A stretch of 63,829 nucleotides of DNA, counting the filler, from Octopus bimaculoides (taxonomy: Eukaryota): NCBI RefSeq assembly GCF_001194135.2. It is 4 parts of 3 records of this genome, joined end to end, with 100 filler letters (N's around TTAATTAATTAA, not from the genome) between each part and the next. Parts side by side here need not be neighbours in the genome. Positions count along the whole stretch, not along the records: positions 1 to 16,804 come from NC_068985.1; 3 more parts are not named here. The stretch is one strand, 5' to 3'. Below the pieces are notes generated by a model. The model was not told the origin of the DNA. It saw nothing but the letters and a program-made list of their open reading frames with translations, and ran no database searches. Of this stretch, positions 1 through 11,879 are shown piece by piece. The position numbers and the translations under genes were made by a program. Within the stretch, counting starts at the first letter, position 1. Each line of letters starts with the position of its first letter.

Positions 1-22
1 ATATATATATATATATATATTT

Positions 23-179
23 GACAGACTTCTTTCAGTTTCCGTCTCCCGGATCCACTTACAAGGCTTTGATCAACCCAGGGCTATAGTAGAAGACATT
101 TGCCCACAGTGCCAGGCAGTGAAACTGAACTCGGAACCATGTGGTTGGCAAGCAAGTTTCTTACCACACAGTCATGCCT
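23..179 (-). mobile_element. SINE family A (tRNA-derived), 5' head portion
   Basis: Reverse complement matches the head of fuller copies at 33672-34046 and 58271-58655 (ggctgtgtggtaagaag...ggttccgggttcag...ctgaaagaagcccgtc). Confidence 0.85.
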
Positions 180-770
180 ATGATTTTTTATTGCTGTATG
201 CAAGTGAGTGTGTACGCGCCTGCGAGCGTGTATGTGCATGTGGATGCTTTAGAGTGTCAAAGCATGCGTGTGAGTAAAATCATTGTTACGATTGCGTGTA
301 TGTGTGTATACTGGTCCATTCGTATATATGTATTTGTGCGTGTATTTGTGCTAGAGTTCGTTTTATAATGTGTTTTGCGTGCATATGTGTGTGTGTGTGT
401 GTGTGTGTGTATACCGGTTCATTTGTGAGTATATATTGATGTGTCTATATATGCTGGTGTTCATTTCATATGTGGCTGTATGTGTATGGATGCTAGTGAA
501 TTTGTATGTATATATATGTGTGTATGTATATATATATGTGGTGTTCGTGTATGTATATATATATATGTGGTGTGTATGTATACATATGTGGCGCGCATAT
601 GAGTGCATGCGCGCGCATGTGAGTGTATGAGTGTGTGTGTGTGCGCGCTGATGCATTTCTATGAATATATTGATATATATAGTGTTATAAGTATGTGAAT
701 GTGTGGGTGTATGCATGTGAGTTGCGTCTGTGTCAGAACCCATTCTATGTAGTTCTATATTTAAGAGATG

Positions 771-848
771 AGGAATTTACATTTGACGGATATTTGTTGT
801 TAAATTTCGAACCTGGATACTTTTCGATGTTATTATTATTATTATTCA
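771..848 (-). mobile_element. Internally deleted PLE terminal (pLTR-like) segment plus (AAT)n
   Basis: Reverse complement aataacatcgaaaa..ccaggttcgaaattt..aaatatccgtcaaatgtaaa is a deleted version of 2149-2290. Confidence 0.7.
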
Positions 849-1220
849 GTAGTTTTATTTTTATAATGTGCTTTCACTTCACTACCGAGCGCAGCTCTGT
901 GCGCCTTGGGTATGTGCTGTGGTTTGCTGTGGTGCTCTTATGGTTACTGTATTGAAAGTGTTTTGCGTAGGATGTGTGCAGTACCCAGTAGTGCAATTTT
1001 CTGTATGTTATATATATTTGTAAGTCCTGGTGTTTTTGTTATGTATTTGTCTGAATATTTTTTTATTATACCTAAGGCACCTACTATAATAGGAATTGTT
1101 TCTGTTTTTAGATTCCACATTCGAGTTACCTCTATTTCCAGGTCTTTGTATTTTGAAAGTTTTTCCATTTCTTTTAGAGAGACGTTGTCATCTGCTGGTA
1201 TTGATACATCAATTAGAAAG

Positions 1221-1222
<2 letters not shown>
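849..1222 (-). mobile_element. R4/Dong-type (RLE) non-LTR retrotransposon 3' end
   Basis: Frame 944-1222 reads CFLIDVSIPADDNVSLKEMEKLSKYKDLEIEVTRMWNLKTETIPIIVGALG...QKIALLGTAHILRKTLSIQ*, the restriction-like endonuclease C-terminus. It is followed by a 3' UTR and flanked by (AAT)n on both sides. Confidence 0.85.
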
Positions 1223-1259
<37 letters not shown>

Positions 1260-1330
1260 CACTGCCTGGAATCGAACTCGGAATCTTGGGGTTAGTAGCC
1301 CTCTTAACCACTTCGCCATATGCCCGTGGG
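1260..1330 (-). promoter_or_regulatory. tRNA-like Pol III module (A and B boxes) inside a PLE 3' region
   Basis: Minus-strand A box TGGCGAAGTGG (1308-1318) and B box GTTCGATTCC (1268-1277). A degenerate second copy lies at about 13922-13957. Confidence 0.65.
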
Positions 1331-1354
1331 CAATTATGGAGTGAATTTTGGGGC

Positions 1355-1555
1355 TTATAAATCTAATATTTTCCTATCCTTCCTTAATACTGGTTCCCAT
1401 ATGTTATTCATATCTGCACTCGGTCTGCTTAGGAGGTTGTTGTGTCCTAGCAAATGTGCTGCTTCTTTTAGTTTTCGTATTTTCCAGTGATGTTCTCTGT
1501 CTATTATTTTAACTTCATCTCACAGGGAGAGATGGTCTCCATTTTTCCATACTCC
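1355..1555 (-). mobile_element. Penelope-like element ORF C-terminus (end of GIY-YIG region)
   Basis: Reads VWKNGDHLSL*DEVKIIDREHHWKIRKLKEAAHLLGHNNLLSRPSADMNNIWEPVLRKDRKILDL*, a typical PLE C-terminus with one stop. Confidence 0.8.
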
Positions 1556-1559
1556 AATT

Positions 1560-1886
1560 ATGAAGAAAAGAGAAGATGAAACCAATAAATTGTCTACAAT
1601 CTGTCTGCCCTATGTGAAAGGCCTCTCCGAAAAGATTCATATGATATCAGGACAGTATTCAAGAATAATACAACACTTCGCAAATATCTCCTTCGGATAA
1701 AACCACTAATAGAAGAGAATATGACCAAAAATTGCGTGTACTCCATCCCATGCTGCTGTGGTAGGTTATACAAAGGCGAAACATGTCCCCTCAAAATAAG
1801 GGTAGAGGAACATCGCAAAGCTGTGATACGAGGAGATATTGATAAATCGGGTATAGCTGATCATGTGTGGAAAAATGGAGACCATC
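1560..1886 (+). mobile_element. Penelope-like element GIY-YIG endonuclease fragment
   Basis: Reads ICLPYVKGLSEKI...CVYSIPCCCGRLYKGETCPLKIRVEEHRKAVIRGDIDKSGIADHVWKNGDH, matching the PLE linker and GIY-YIG motifs (VY.IPC.CG..Y.GET..R..EH). Confidence 0.85.
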
Positions 1887-1892
1887 CTATGA

Positions 1893-2011
1893 AAAACACT
1901 TTCAATACAGTGAAAATAAGAGCACCACAACAAACTACTGCACATACCCAACGCACACAGAGCTACGCTCGATAGTGCAGTGGAAGCACGTGAAAAAAAT
2001 AAGACTACTGA
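1893..2011 (+). mobile_element. R4/Dong-type LINE last codons and 3' UTR (second copy)
   Basis: Inverted homolog of about 849-965 (roughly 80-85% identity by eye), ending in (AAT)n. Confidence 0.8.
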
Positions 2012-2027
2012 ATAATAATAATAATGA

Positions 2028-2062
<35 letters not shown>

Positions 2063-2066
2063 CAAT

Positions 2067-2131
<65 letters not shown>

Positions 2132-2157
2132 ATAATAATAATAATGATAACAACAAC
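2012..2157 (+). repeat. Compound (AAT)n(ACT)n(AAT)n microsatellite
   Basis: Direct inspection. Confidence 0.95.
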
Positions 2158-2204
2158 ATCGAAAATACCTTAGGAATGAGAAACCAGGTTCGAAATTTCC
2201 CCGA

Positions 2205-2250
2205 GACACCTGATGAAGGCTGGAGGGCATATCAACCGAAACATTGTGTT
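2205..2250 (+). ncRNA. Minimal type-I hammerhead ribozyme-like motif (PLE family 1), degenerate
   Basis: Stem I GACAC/GTGTT, core CTGATGA (2210-2216), stem II GGCTG/CAACC (one mismatch), GAAA (2238-2241), then CAT-T where CGT-H is expected. Confidence 0.6.
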
Positions 2251-2360
2251 AACAACAAACAAGATGAAAGCAAATATCCGTCAAATGTAAATAATGTAAA
2301 TAATGCCCATTCTACATGTCTACGTGTATACATGCATGCCTGAGGGACTTCATCGATATG

Positions 2361-2406
<46 letters not shown>

Positions 2407-2823
2407 TGCTATTACATTTCAGGAGGTCTATTGCAACGATTGTACGTGTGTATGTTTATGCAACTATATCCTATAATTTAATACGACTATAATCTTCTTG
2501 GTGGCTTCACATCTTTATGCGTATCGGTGAGTGTGTGAGTGTGTGCGGATGCGTTTGTGAACGATCGTGATGGTGCATACTGTATCAGTTCACATGTTAG
2601 TGTATGGTCGTTTGGATAAATGTTACTATCGAAGATATGTGCTGAGGGGCATTTATATGTAATTGTCTCAAATGACATGTTGGTGTATTGCTGTGTTGGT
2701 ACAGGCTACCATTGACGGCATGAGTTGCGAGGCATTTGTATATATCTCAATTTATATTGTATGGCTGTGTTTGTATTGGTACATGTCACTGTTGTAGGCA
2801 TGAGTTGTCGTGAAAAACGCTTA

Positions 2824-3680
2824 TATCGATGTCCCTCAAAAGTAAGAAAGGATACTAGAAACGCATGACCAGCGTTCAAGAAATTCTGTGCAGCAAGCGA
2901 GTTGTGAAATAGGAAATAAGAATTTCAAAATCAAGCTAACATCGCATTTTGAAGCGCTGACATTCGAGAAATTACATTCCAAGAATAGTTTATACTCACA
3001 GAGAAGATGATCTGCACCGGTGAGTGCAGTTTTGCGAATGGTATTTGGCAAAATGTGTAGAAGATACACACTTTCAGACAAAGATTGTTTGAAGAGATGA
3101 GGTTGCATTTAAATTAAATTGCTCAATTAACCGCCACGGTTGCACCTACAAGTTCTTGGTAGGTTCAAGAACGTCATGTTTGGTGCAGTCATCAACAGGA
3201 TTGATTAGACGATTCGTTTTTCGACGAACTGTGACAGGTTCCATTTACTTGACCTTTCTGTATCTGCCTGTCATGTTAAGCATTCAAGAGGACTTTGAAG
3301 ATGTGAAGTTTTATTTCCAACAAGATGGAATATAAGGGCGGCTTATCTTGATAAAATTTTGTCAAACAGATGAGTTAGCCGAAGAGATTCACCAGAAATT
3401 AATACGCTGGACCTTACACCACAAGATTTTCTCTATGGGAATGCTTAAAAGATAAAGTTTACGAAACGGACAACAGTCGATGAACTGAGGGTGGTCATTG
3501 AATGAAAATACGCACAAATACCGAAAAAGTGCTTTTTGAGGTTTGCGATTCAATTGCTCTACGTTATTAGCAGCGTCTGGACCAGAATGACCATCAGTTT
3601 GAAAACGTTCTTAAAAACATAAAAATTTTGTCAGCAGATTCTACTAAATTTTCGTGTATACATTTTTTGGGGACACCGTG
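2824..3680 (+). mobile_element. Decayed Tc1/mariner-superfamily transposon (internally deleted)
   Basis: Transposase remnants HVWCS, FYFQQDG (3309-3329), LKDKVY and HQFEN. The right TIR (reverse complement cacggtgtccccaaaaaa) is followed by TA; a degenerate left TIR lies near 2824. Confidence 0.75.
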
Positions 3681-4104
3681 TATATGTACAATCATTAATA
3701 AACAAAACTTAATATATGCTATTTATGAACTTCTAATCTATACAAGCTTCAGTTTTCCTTTCAGCTTGTGTGTATATACGTGCGTGTTTGTGTTAGTCTC
3801 TGTGAGTGTGTTTATATACACACACATATATGTGTGTGTATGTATTATATTATATAAGCGTGTATGAAAAGAGTGTGCTTTTTCCCTGTGTGATGCATTT
3901 TTATATCTGTGTATGCTTATGTGGATTTAGATAAGGAGGGTCTTCAGGGTGAGAGAGTTGTATCAACACAGGCGCACGCGCGTGCACACACACATGTATA
4001 CACACATGTACATACACACATGTACATACACACATGTATGCACACATGAACACACATACACATTGGCACAAACATAAACTCGAAAGCCAAACAACAATAC
4101 AAGG

Positions 4105-4190
4105 GTGACATGAATTATAATTATAATTATTATTACTATTATTGTTGTTGTTGTAGTTGTTGTTATTGTCATTGTTATTATTGTTATTGT
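4105..4190 (+). repeat. (ATT/GTT)n low-complexity tract
   Basis: Direct inspection. Confidence 0.85.
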
Positions 4191-5033
4191 ATGCAAAATC
4201 TCAATAAATATATAAGGCGGAGAGATAATCAAATTGTTAGCGGGGTTGTCATATCGTAAGTTACATCTTGTAGTGAAGATATCAATCAATTGGCGTTAAA
4301 TGGTAAAAATTCTGACATGGGAACTGTTTTCCTTTTGAGACAATTGTTCATAATGCCGATTATAGCATCACTGTTGTTATCAGTTGTTTTGCAAAGTGCC
4401 GGGTGGGTGAACAGAAGAAGTAAATTCGGGTAGATTGAAATAGATGCAGTGGATGATAGGAAGAATGGTAGTAAACAACACAGAGGATTAGAGTACGAAA
4501 ATGAACGTTAAATATTCTACTTTACACAATGTCGCTTAGGCTTCACTTCAAGCCAACATATATATACACACAGATAGGAAGGTAAATGGATAGATAGATA
4601 AATAGATGACAGATAAATTAATAGATATATAGATAGATAGATCGAGCGATATATACATATATAAACATACATACACACAGACAGGAAAGCATAAATGCGT
4701 ACATACATTACGCATATAAATGCATACATGAAGATTGCTTCATCTTGTCAGATGAGAGCTGTCTCATTAATCATTGCTCAGTCAGTCGTGGACTTTTGTA
4801 AGATACAAAATAAACAAGATGAAGTGATGAGACATCACTTCATCTTGTTGATGAAGGATTATGGTGACATACGCTTGTAGGATGCGTATGGACTCTCTCG
4901 GTGTCCATAGTTAAATATCCAATGACAAACAAAAGCAAAATGATCAGAAACTATTTCACTGACGGGTTTCATATCAAAATGCATACGTGTGTGTGTTTGT
5001 GTGTGCATGCATGTACATCTCTCTCTCTCTCTC

Positions 5034-5073
<40 letters not shown>

Positions 5074-5317
5074 NNNNNNNNNNNNNNNNNNNNNNNNNNN
5101 NNNNNNNNNNNNNNNNNNNNNNNNNNNNNNNNNNNNNNNNNNNNNNNNNNNNNNNNNNNNNNNNNNNNNNNNNNNNNNNNNNNNNNNNNNNNNNNTATAT
5201 ATATATGTATATATATATATATACATACATATATAAAACAATCTGGAATTTTGTATCAGATTACTATGGTGTCATTTTGATGTTATATATATACGTGTGT
5301 GCGTGTATGTGTGTGTG

Positions 5318-5354
<37 letters not shown>

Positions 5355-6607
5355 ATTTGAATATTCCCACAAATAAGCTCACACGAGGACGTCCTTGAAA
5401 TCGTGTTATAAATGAACTGCTTTATAAAAGTTAGTTTCCATATCAGTGATATTAGGTATTATAAACATTAACTCGAGACAGAAAAAGCACCACACCCTCT
5501 AGGACATCATCGGTTACACCATGACATGCCAACAATCTACGTTTCGCCTGTGTAAACTATTCAGTTACGGGTTCCATCCATCTCTTTTCTTTTGCTTTAG
5601 TGGCTTGTCGTCAGATCAGGCTTTCATAGCTTGTACTAAGGGAGCTCTCGCTGACAAATATTCTATCAACTCTGCTGAGCTGCTGGATTCAGTTATGTTT
5701 TCTATACTTTTCCATGACGTACTTACTGTTACTTCCAATAACGCCCACTCAACTTTTACGCAGGTAATACCAAACTCTATTCCTCCTATTTTTCAATCCA
5801 TAAGTGTCTTTCATACGAAGACCTGACATCTTACGTCAAATCTACACGGACTTCATGAACAAAGACCTTAGGAACATCTTTCAACGGGATCGTGCAAATT
5901 TTGTTTCCTTTAACTGCCAAAAAGGGAAGACAATCGTTTTACGTATCAAGAAAATATCACACTTCATCTCATTTAAACATAAGCAATACTGAACTAGAAC
6001 TCACGGGTAAGCTCCAAATGCTACGCCTCACTATCACCGAGGGTCTATCTGGATGAACGCACAATCTCAACATAGTAAAGATTGCTCTTCAAACGCTAAT
6101 CTTTCTTTGCAGGACACATTAACAACTAACTTTCCACAAACCTCAAGTGAATCCCACAATTGAGTTCTATTTCCACATCTGGGATGTTGCTGTTGCTACA
6201 CACACTGACATCCTAGATGGCCTTTTAGAGGAAAACTGCTCGACTGATAGGTTTCGAGTCACTCACAAATACACTCCACTTTCTGCTTCACAGACACGTT
6301 CTCGCTTCGTTTGGCCTTTTCTAATCGCTGCTATAATCGGTGCTGTTCTTCGGAGCTGGCTGGCCTCGTGCAACTTTTGACCTCACTCGCCTTTTCTCTC
6401 AAAACTATTGCACCCAACCTCAAAGGCTTTGAATTAATCATTACATTTCGACTTTTCTTCTCAAAGCTTTGACCCTCTGAAATCCCCCCCCCCCTCACCC
6501 CATCATATGTATTTTTTATGGTTGTCCACTTTTGACTTATAGCAGTTTAAGAGGGGCGTTAAATTGATTGAATGTTATCCTTCTCGGAAGGCCTGCGAAC
6601 GCTAAAT

Positions 6608-6806
6608 TAATGTTTCAAATTTCGGCACAAGGCCAGCAATTTGAAAGAAGAGATGAGCTGGTTACTTGGACAAGCATGTGCATCAGATAGTTATTTTATA
6701 GACACCGGAAGGATGATAGAGTCGACCTCGGTGGATTTTACTCTCAGAACGTAAAGAGCCAGAAGAAACGTCGCTAAGTATTTTGTTTGCCATATTAACG
6801 ATTCTT
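6608..6806 (-). mobile_element. SINE family B, old copy (ggccttgtgccaaaatttgaaac tail type)
   Basis: Degenerate match to gtcgacctcgg...actcagaacgtaa...gctaagcatt. Confidence 0.7.
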
Positions 6807-6807
6807 A

Positions 6808-7038
6808 TTTCTTTATTGTCCACAAGGAGCTAAACATAGAGGGGACAAACAAGGACAGACAAAGGGATTAAATCGATTACATTGACCCCAGTGCGTAACT
6901 GGTACTTAATTTATCGACCGCGAAAGGATGAAAGGCAAAGTCAACCTCGGCGGAATTTGAACTCAGAACGTAACGGCAGACGAAATACCGCTAAGCATTT
7001 CGCCCGGTGTGCTAACGATTCTGCCTGCTCGGCGCCTT
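6808..7038 (-). mobile_element. SINE family B, young copy (Tx1-like tail)
   Basis: Near-identical to 15950-16170 and 35010-35247; tail ...tttagccccttgtgggcaataaagaaa. Confidence 0.9.
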
Positions 7039-7574
7039 CCAAGACTAAATTAATAAAAACAAAATTAGGTTATGAACATTTTATTACAATAAACTAAAAC
7101 TACTTCCACAAATATATTTTGTCTTGCAGATTTTTCGTTCACTCAGCTCCAGCATGTAGTTATTCTACTACTGTAAAATATAGTTATTAAATATAATTAT
7201 ATAGCTATATTATTAAATATAATTATATAACAATTAAAGTTTGCAATAGATGTTTAAGAAACAATATAAATGGAGGCATATATAAAGTTCGGTCATGTAA
7301 AAAGACCCAGTGATCTTTTCCCGCACAGAGCATTGGCACAGCGTAAATGAAATACATTTTATATGCCGAGTTACGATGATATGCATGTGCGTGCATGCAT
7401 ATGCATATACATGTATTTGTATACGTTATACATATGCATTCATATATATTCATGCATACATACATTTATAAGTTGTGTGCATATATGCGTATCTGTAAAT
7501 ACATACATACATACATGCATACATACATAATACATACATACATAGATACATACATATGGATAATATTTATTTTA

Positions 7575-7807
7575 TCTTTTATTTTGAACTTGTCTCAGGC
7601 ATTAGACAGCGGCCATGTTGGGGCACCACCTTTAAGAATTTCAGTCGAAATAATCGTCCTCAGTACTTATTTTTTTTTAAGCGTGATACTAATTCTATCG
7701 TTCACTTTTGACGAACCGCTAAGTTACGGGGACGTAAACACACCAACACCGGTTGCCCAGCAGTGAGGGGTGACAAATGCAAACACGAAGACGCACGTAC
7801 GCGCGCG

Positions 7808-7872
<65 letters not shown>

Positions 7873-8010
7873 TGGGCTTCTTTCAGTTTCCGTCTACCAA
7901 ATCCACTCACAAGGATTTCGTCGGCTCGAGGCTATAATAGAAGACACTAGCCTAAGGTGCCACACAGTGGGACTGAACCCGGAACTTCTTACCACACAGC
8001 CACGACTGCG
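7575..8010 (-). mobile_element. SINE family A, full-length with internal (CA)n
   Basis: Head, microsatellite and tail collinear with 58271-58655. Confidence 0.85.
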
Positions 8011-8147
8011 CTTATGTGTGTGTTTAAATGTCTATGTGTGTATGTATATATATGTATATATGTGTACATATAATATATAATACATAGTGCATACACGCAT
8101 ACACACTCGCGCGCGCATATGTGTGTATATGTATGTATGTATGTATG

Positions 8148-8182
<35 letters not shown>

Positions 8183-8866
8183 NNNNNNNNNNNNNNNNNN
8201 NNNNNNNNNNNNNNNNNNNNNNNNNNNNNNNNNNNNNNNNNNNNNNNNNNNNNNNNNNNNNNNNNNNNNNNNNNNNNNNNNNNNNNNNNNNNNNNNNNNN
8301 NNNNNNNNNNNNNNNNNNNNNNNNNNNNNNNNNNNNNNNNNNNNNNNNNNNNNNNNNNNNNNNNNNNNNNNNNNNNNNNNNNNNNNNNNNNNNNNNNNNN
8401 NNNNNNNNNNNNNNNNNNNNNNNNNNNNNNNNNNNNNNNNNNNNNNNNNNNNNNNNNNNNNNNNNNNNNNNNNNNNNNNNNNNNNNNNNNNNNNNNNNNN
8501 NNNNNNNNNNNNNNNNNNNNNNNNNNNNNNNNNNNNNNNNNNNNNNNNNNNNNNNNNNNNNNNNNNNNNNNNNNNNNNNNNNNNNNNNNNNNNNNNNNNN
8601 NNNNNNNNNNNNNNNNNNNNNNNNNNNNNNNNNNNNNNNNNNNNNNNNNNNNNNNNNNNNNNNNNNNNNNNNNNNNNNNNNNNNNNNNNNNNNNNNNNNN
8701 NNNNNNNNNNNNNNNNNNNNNNNNNNNNNNNNNNNNNNNNNNNNNNNNNNNNNNNNNNNNNNNNNNNNNNNNNNNNNNNNNNNNNNNNNNNNNNNNNNNN
8801 NNNNNNNNNNNNNNNNNNNNNNNNNNNNNNNNNNNNNNNNNNNNNNNNNNNNNNNNNNNNNNNNNN

Positions 8867-8914
<48 letters not shown>

Positions 8915-9212
8915 CACATGCATACTGCCATTACCAAGCTATATGCTTATGCATATTTCTTTACATGTACTCGCATGCATTTATGAATATAAATTTGCAA
9001 TTGTGCGAATAGTGAACACCCCCACCTTACGGAAAGCTCATACAGGCCCTGCACAAACCATTCCGTTTCGACCTTTCCACTCACTTACACGCATATACGC
9101 ACACAATCACATGCTTATATAGATGCATATGTGTGTCTTTATGAATATACGTACGTACAATTTCTTTTCTCTTTTCATGTGGGGTGTGTGTGTATGTGTA
9201 TGCATTTATATG

Positions 9213-9266
<54 letters not shown>

Positions 9267-9998
9267 TTTGTGTGTGTGAATGCATGTATTTATTCGCATC
9301 AAGTCCAATTAGTATATATAGATGCGGGCAGATGTTGAAATGTATTCATTCCCTTTCCACAGACACCCATTCAGGCCCAATACTTTATCTCATCCACTCC
9401 TTACATCATCATCTACCCTTTAACTACTTATCATTCATTATCTATCAATATCTGACGCCCTAATCAATCAAACATTTATATGACAGACTCCTTCTACAAT
9501 TGGAGTCGACCGATGGCGGTTAGGCAAATCAAGGGAGATAATCTCTTGCGTTGTCGGTCGTCTGCTTTTTACAAATTGTGCCATCAGTCCAATATTTATC
9601 TTTCGTTCATCTTGGTAAAATCAGTCATTCGATGGTGTAATCTCTCCCTACCTCTCTCCCCATATATAAATAACCTACCCCTCTCTGTTTGTCTATCTCT
9701 CGGTCTCTCTTTCTCTCTGTATCTCTTTTTCTAGTATTATCGTACAATCTTTGTGTATCACACCCTGTCGCAAATGTGTTTTTTCGTGTAACTGGAAAAT
9801 GTTTGTTGAGTTTGACTAGATATTGGTGATGTTAATCATCAATAAGTATGCTTACACGTGATGATGATGAAGATGATGATGATGAAGATGTGTGTGTGTG
9901 TTTGTGCATGCGTATCCATATGAACTATGCGTGTGAGTAAATATATATAAATATATTATATATGTGTGTAAATATATGTGTATCTGTACATATATATA

Positions 9999-10170
9999 TA
10001 TTTTCTTCCTCCGTTTTTCCCTTCTTTGGACTTTCCTTGTTTCCGACGAAGAGCTCCGCTCGAAACGTCATACTCTCTCTCTTTCCTTTCCCGAGCGTCT
10101 AGTAACACAATCTGTATCACGTCCTCACGTTGTTGTTTTTTGTCTTTTTCCTTTTTTTGAACTTAGATAT
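9999..10170 (+). mobile_element. PLE-type terminal fragment, family 2
   Basis: Homologous to 53900-54075 (+) and 18800-18925 (-); adjacent to (TA)n. Confidence 0.6.
10039..10073 (+). ncRNA. Hammerhead-like motif (family 2), degenerate
   Basis: CCGACGA-A-GAGC-tcc-GCTC-GAAA-CGTC. The core has U4>C and stem I is poor. Confidence 0.45.
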
Positions 10171-10308
10171 ACATATAATCAAATCGAATAAAGAACGTTA
10201 AAAATAATAACAAAAATAAGAGGACGCCCACATGGAATATATAATAGTTATTAGAAGGAAGATATTAAATACAAATGAAATGGAGGAATGAAAACAGACA
10301 GACAGACA

Positions 10309-10341
<33 letters not shown>

Positions 10342-11879
10342 ATGTATGCATGCAGGCACGCACGCACGCACACACTCACACACACCTACATAATGAATAA
10401 ACAATGGTAGACAAGCAGTTATTTATGGCATTAATGCATTTATAAATAGGTTATACAAATACGTATGTAAGCAGGAAGATAGTCCATTGCAGGTCGTCAC
10501 AAAGAGGTAGATATCCAAAGAGTTCATTGGCAAAAGTCATTAAGAGAGAAGAAAACTCAAGGTAGGCCTTTACAGTTGTTTCAGGAATGAGGTGACACAT
10601 AGATGCCACAGTGTAGATNNNNNNNNNNNNNNNNNNNNNNNNNNNNNNNNNNNNNNNNNNNNNNNNNNNNNNNNNNNNNNNNNNNNNNNNNNNNNNNNNN
10701 NNNNNNNNNNNNNNNNNNNNNNNNNNNNNNNNNNNNNNNNNNNNNNNNNNNNNNNNNNNNNNTGTGTGTGTGTGTGCGTGTGTGTGTGTGTGTGTTTATA
10801 TATACACTAAATTGGGGTTTACAAATAAACATTAACTAACACAATTCAAGTTACAATTGTGATGTCACCTTAACTTCAGCGGAAATTCTTGGGTAGGCGA
10901 TATTTTCTTTTCCCGCTTCCATGATTTTCGCGTATGACATCTTTGGATATCTACTCTGAGTATCCTCCTGCCCTCCTCCAAATTATATCTATATACGTAT
11001 TCATATCACTTATTTATAGAAACTCTGATGCCATAAATAAGTGCCTGCCAGTACATCGTATATTTTATCTTCATTTTCATTTTTCGCTTACCCGGTTTCC
11101 TATAGCCAACATTGATTACTTGGATTAAGTCTTTCAAAATTGAACGCAGGATTTTAGGGATTCGATTTGGTCTGAGTACTAATCTGTCCGTTTCTATGCT
11201 ACGCATTTTGAAGTATTCTTGCACGAAGGCTGGCGGGTTGAATCTCCGAATTCACTGTCATCACTCTTGTAATAATCTTGTAAATATGTACTCTACAAAA
11301 ATGTATTGAGTAATTTTTCAGTCTAATGTAAAAAGCCAGGTATATGACACTTCCTCCGATGAAAATGAGTGTACTCAGAGTAGAAGCTATCCGTTGTAGT
11401 AAAAAATAGATGAATGGTAATCTAAAATCGCAGGATTCTGGATCTCACAGACAAGGTGGTGCTGTGACGATGTGCCATCATCAGGGATCTGCTGTCGATT
11501 ACGGTGATGGGCATATTAGTCGCTTTATAATTAAAACTACTCGCATGTAATATCGTGTATGCGGTCGAGTATTCGAAGTTCCGTGTTTGTGGTCGAGTAT
11601 TCCATTGTCATAAGTAACTTTATTCTATTTTTCAGCTAGAAGCTATATAGTGCTCTGTGTCTGTGTGGCTGTGTTAGTTCAATCCCTCTGACGGGTTCCA
11701 AAGCAATTTCTGCCTGCCCAGTTTTACTATCAAGTGTTGAGTCGATTCAAAGTTATGGTAGAATACATTTTCGTGAGTTGCTTTGCAATGGGATTGAACC
11801 TAGAACGTCAGAATTATAAGGAGAACTTCTGAATAGCTCGACCACACGTGTCGATTTACCACAAAGGACTTTAAATTGT

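Noticed and set aside
363-743. Many long ORFs rich in CV, HT, YI, TY or LS
   Set aside because: These are translations of (CA)n, (TA)n, (CATA)n, (CCTA)n and similar microsatellites, here and throughout the window.
5360-6450. Possible PLE remnant with a split hammerhead (minus-strand CTGACGA near 5608-5614, GAAACGTA near 5538-5545)
   Set aside because: Stem I overlaps the core, stem II would need a roughly 50-nt loop, and I found no convincing coding motifs.
7989-9122. ORFs of about 300 aa
   Set aside because: They read through the N gap 8183-8866 and its flanking microsatellites.
11006-11224. ORF containing IETDRLVLRP, resembling a GNAT/RimL N-terminus, with a GTAAGC donor
   Set aside because: Similarity is limited to about 10 residues, downstream GNAT motifs are absent, and competing frames on both strands look equally plausible.
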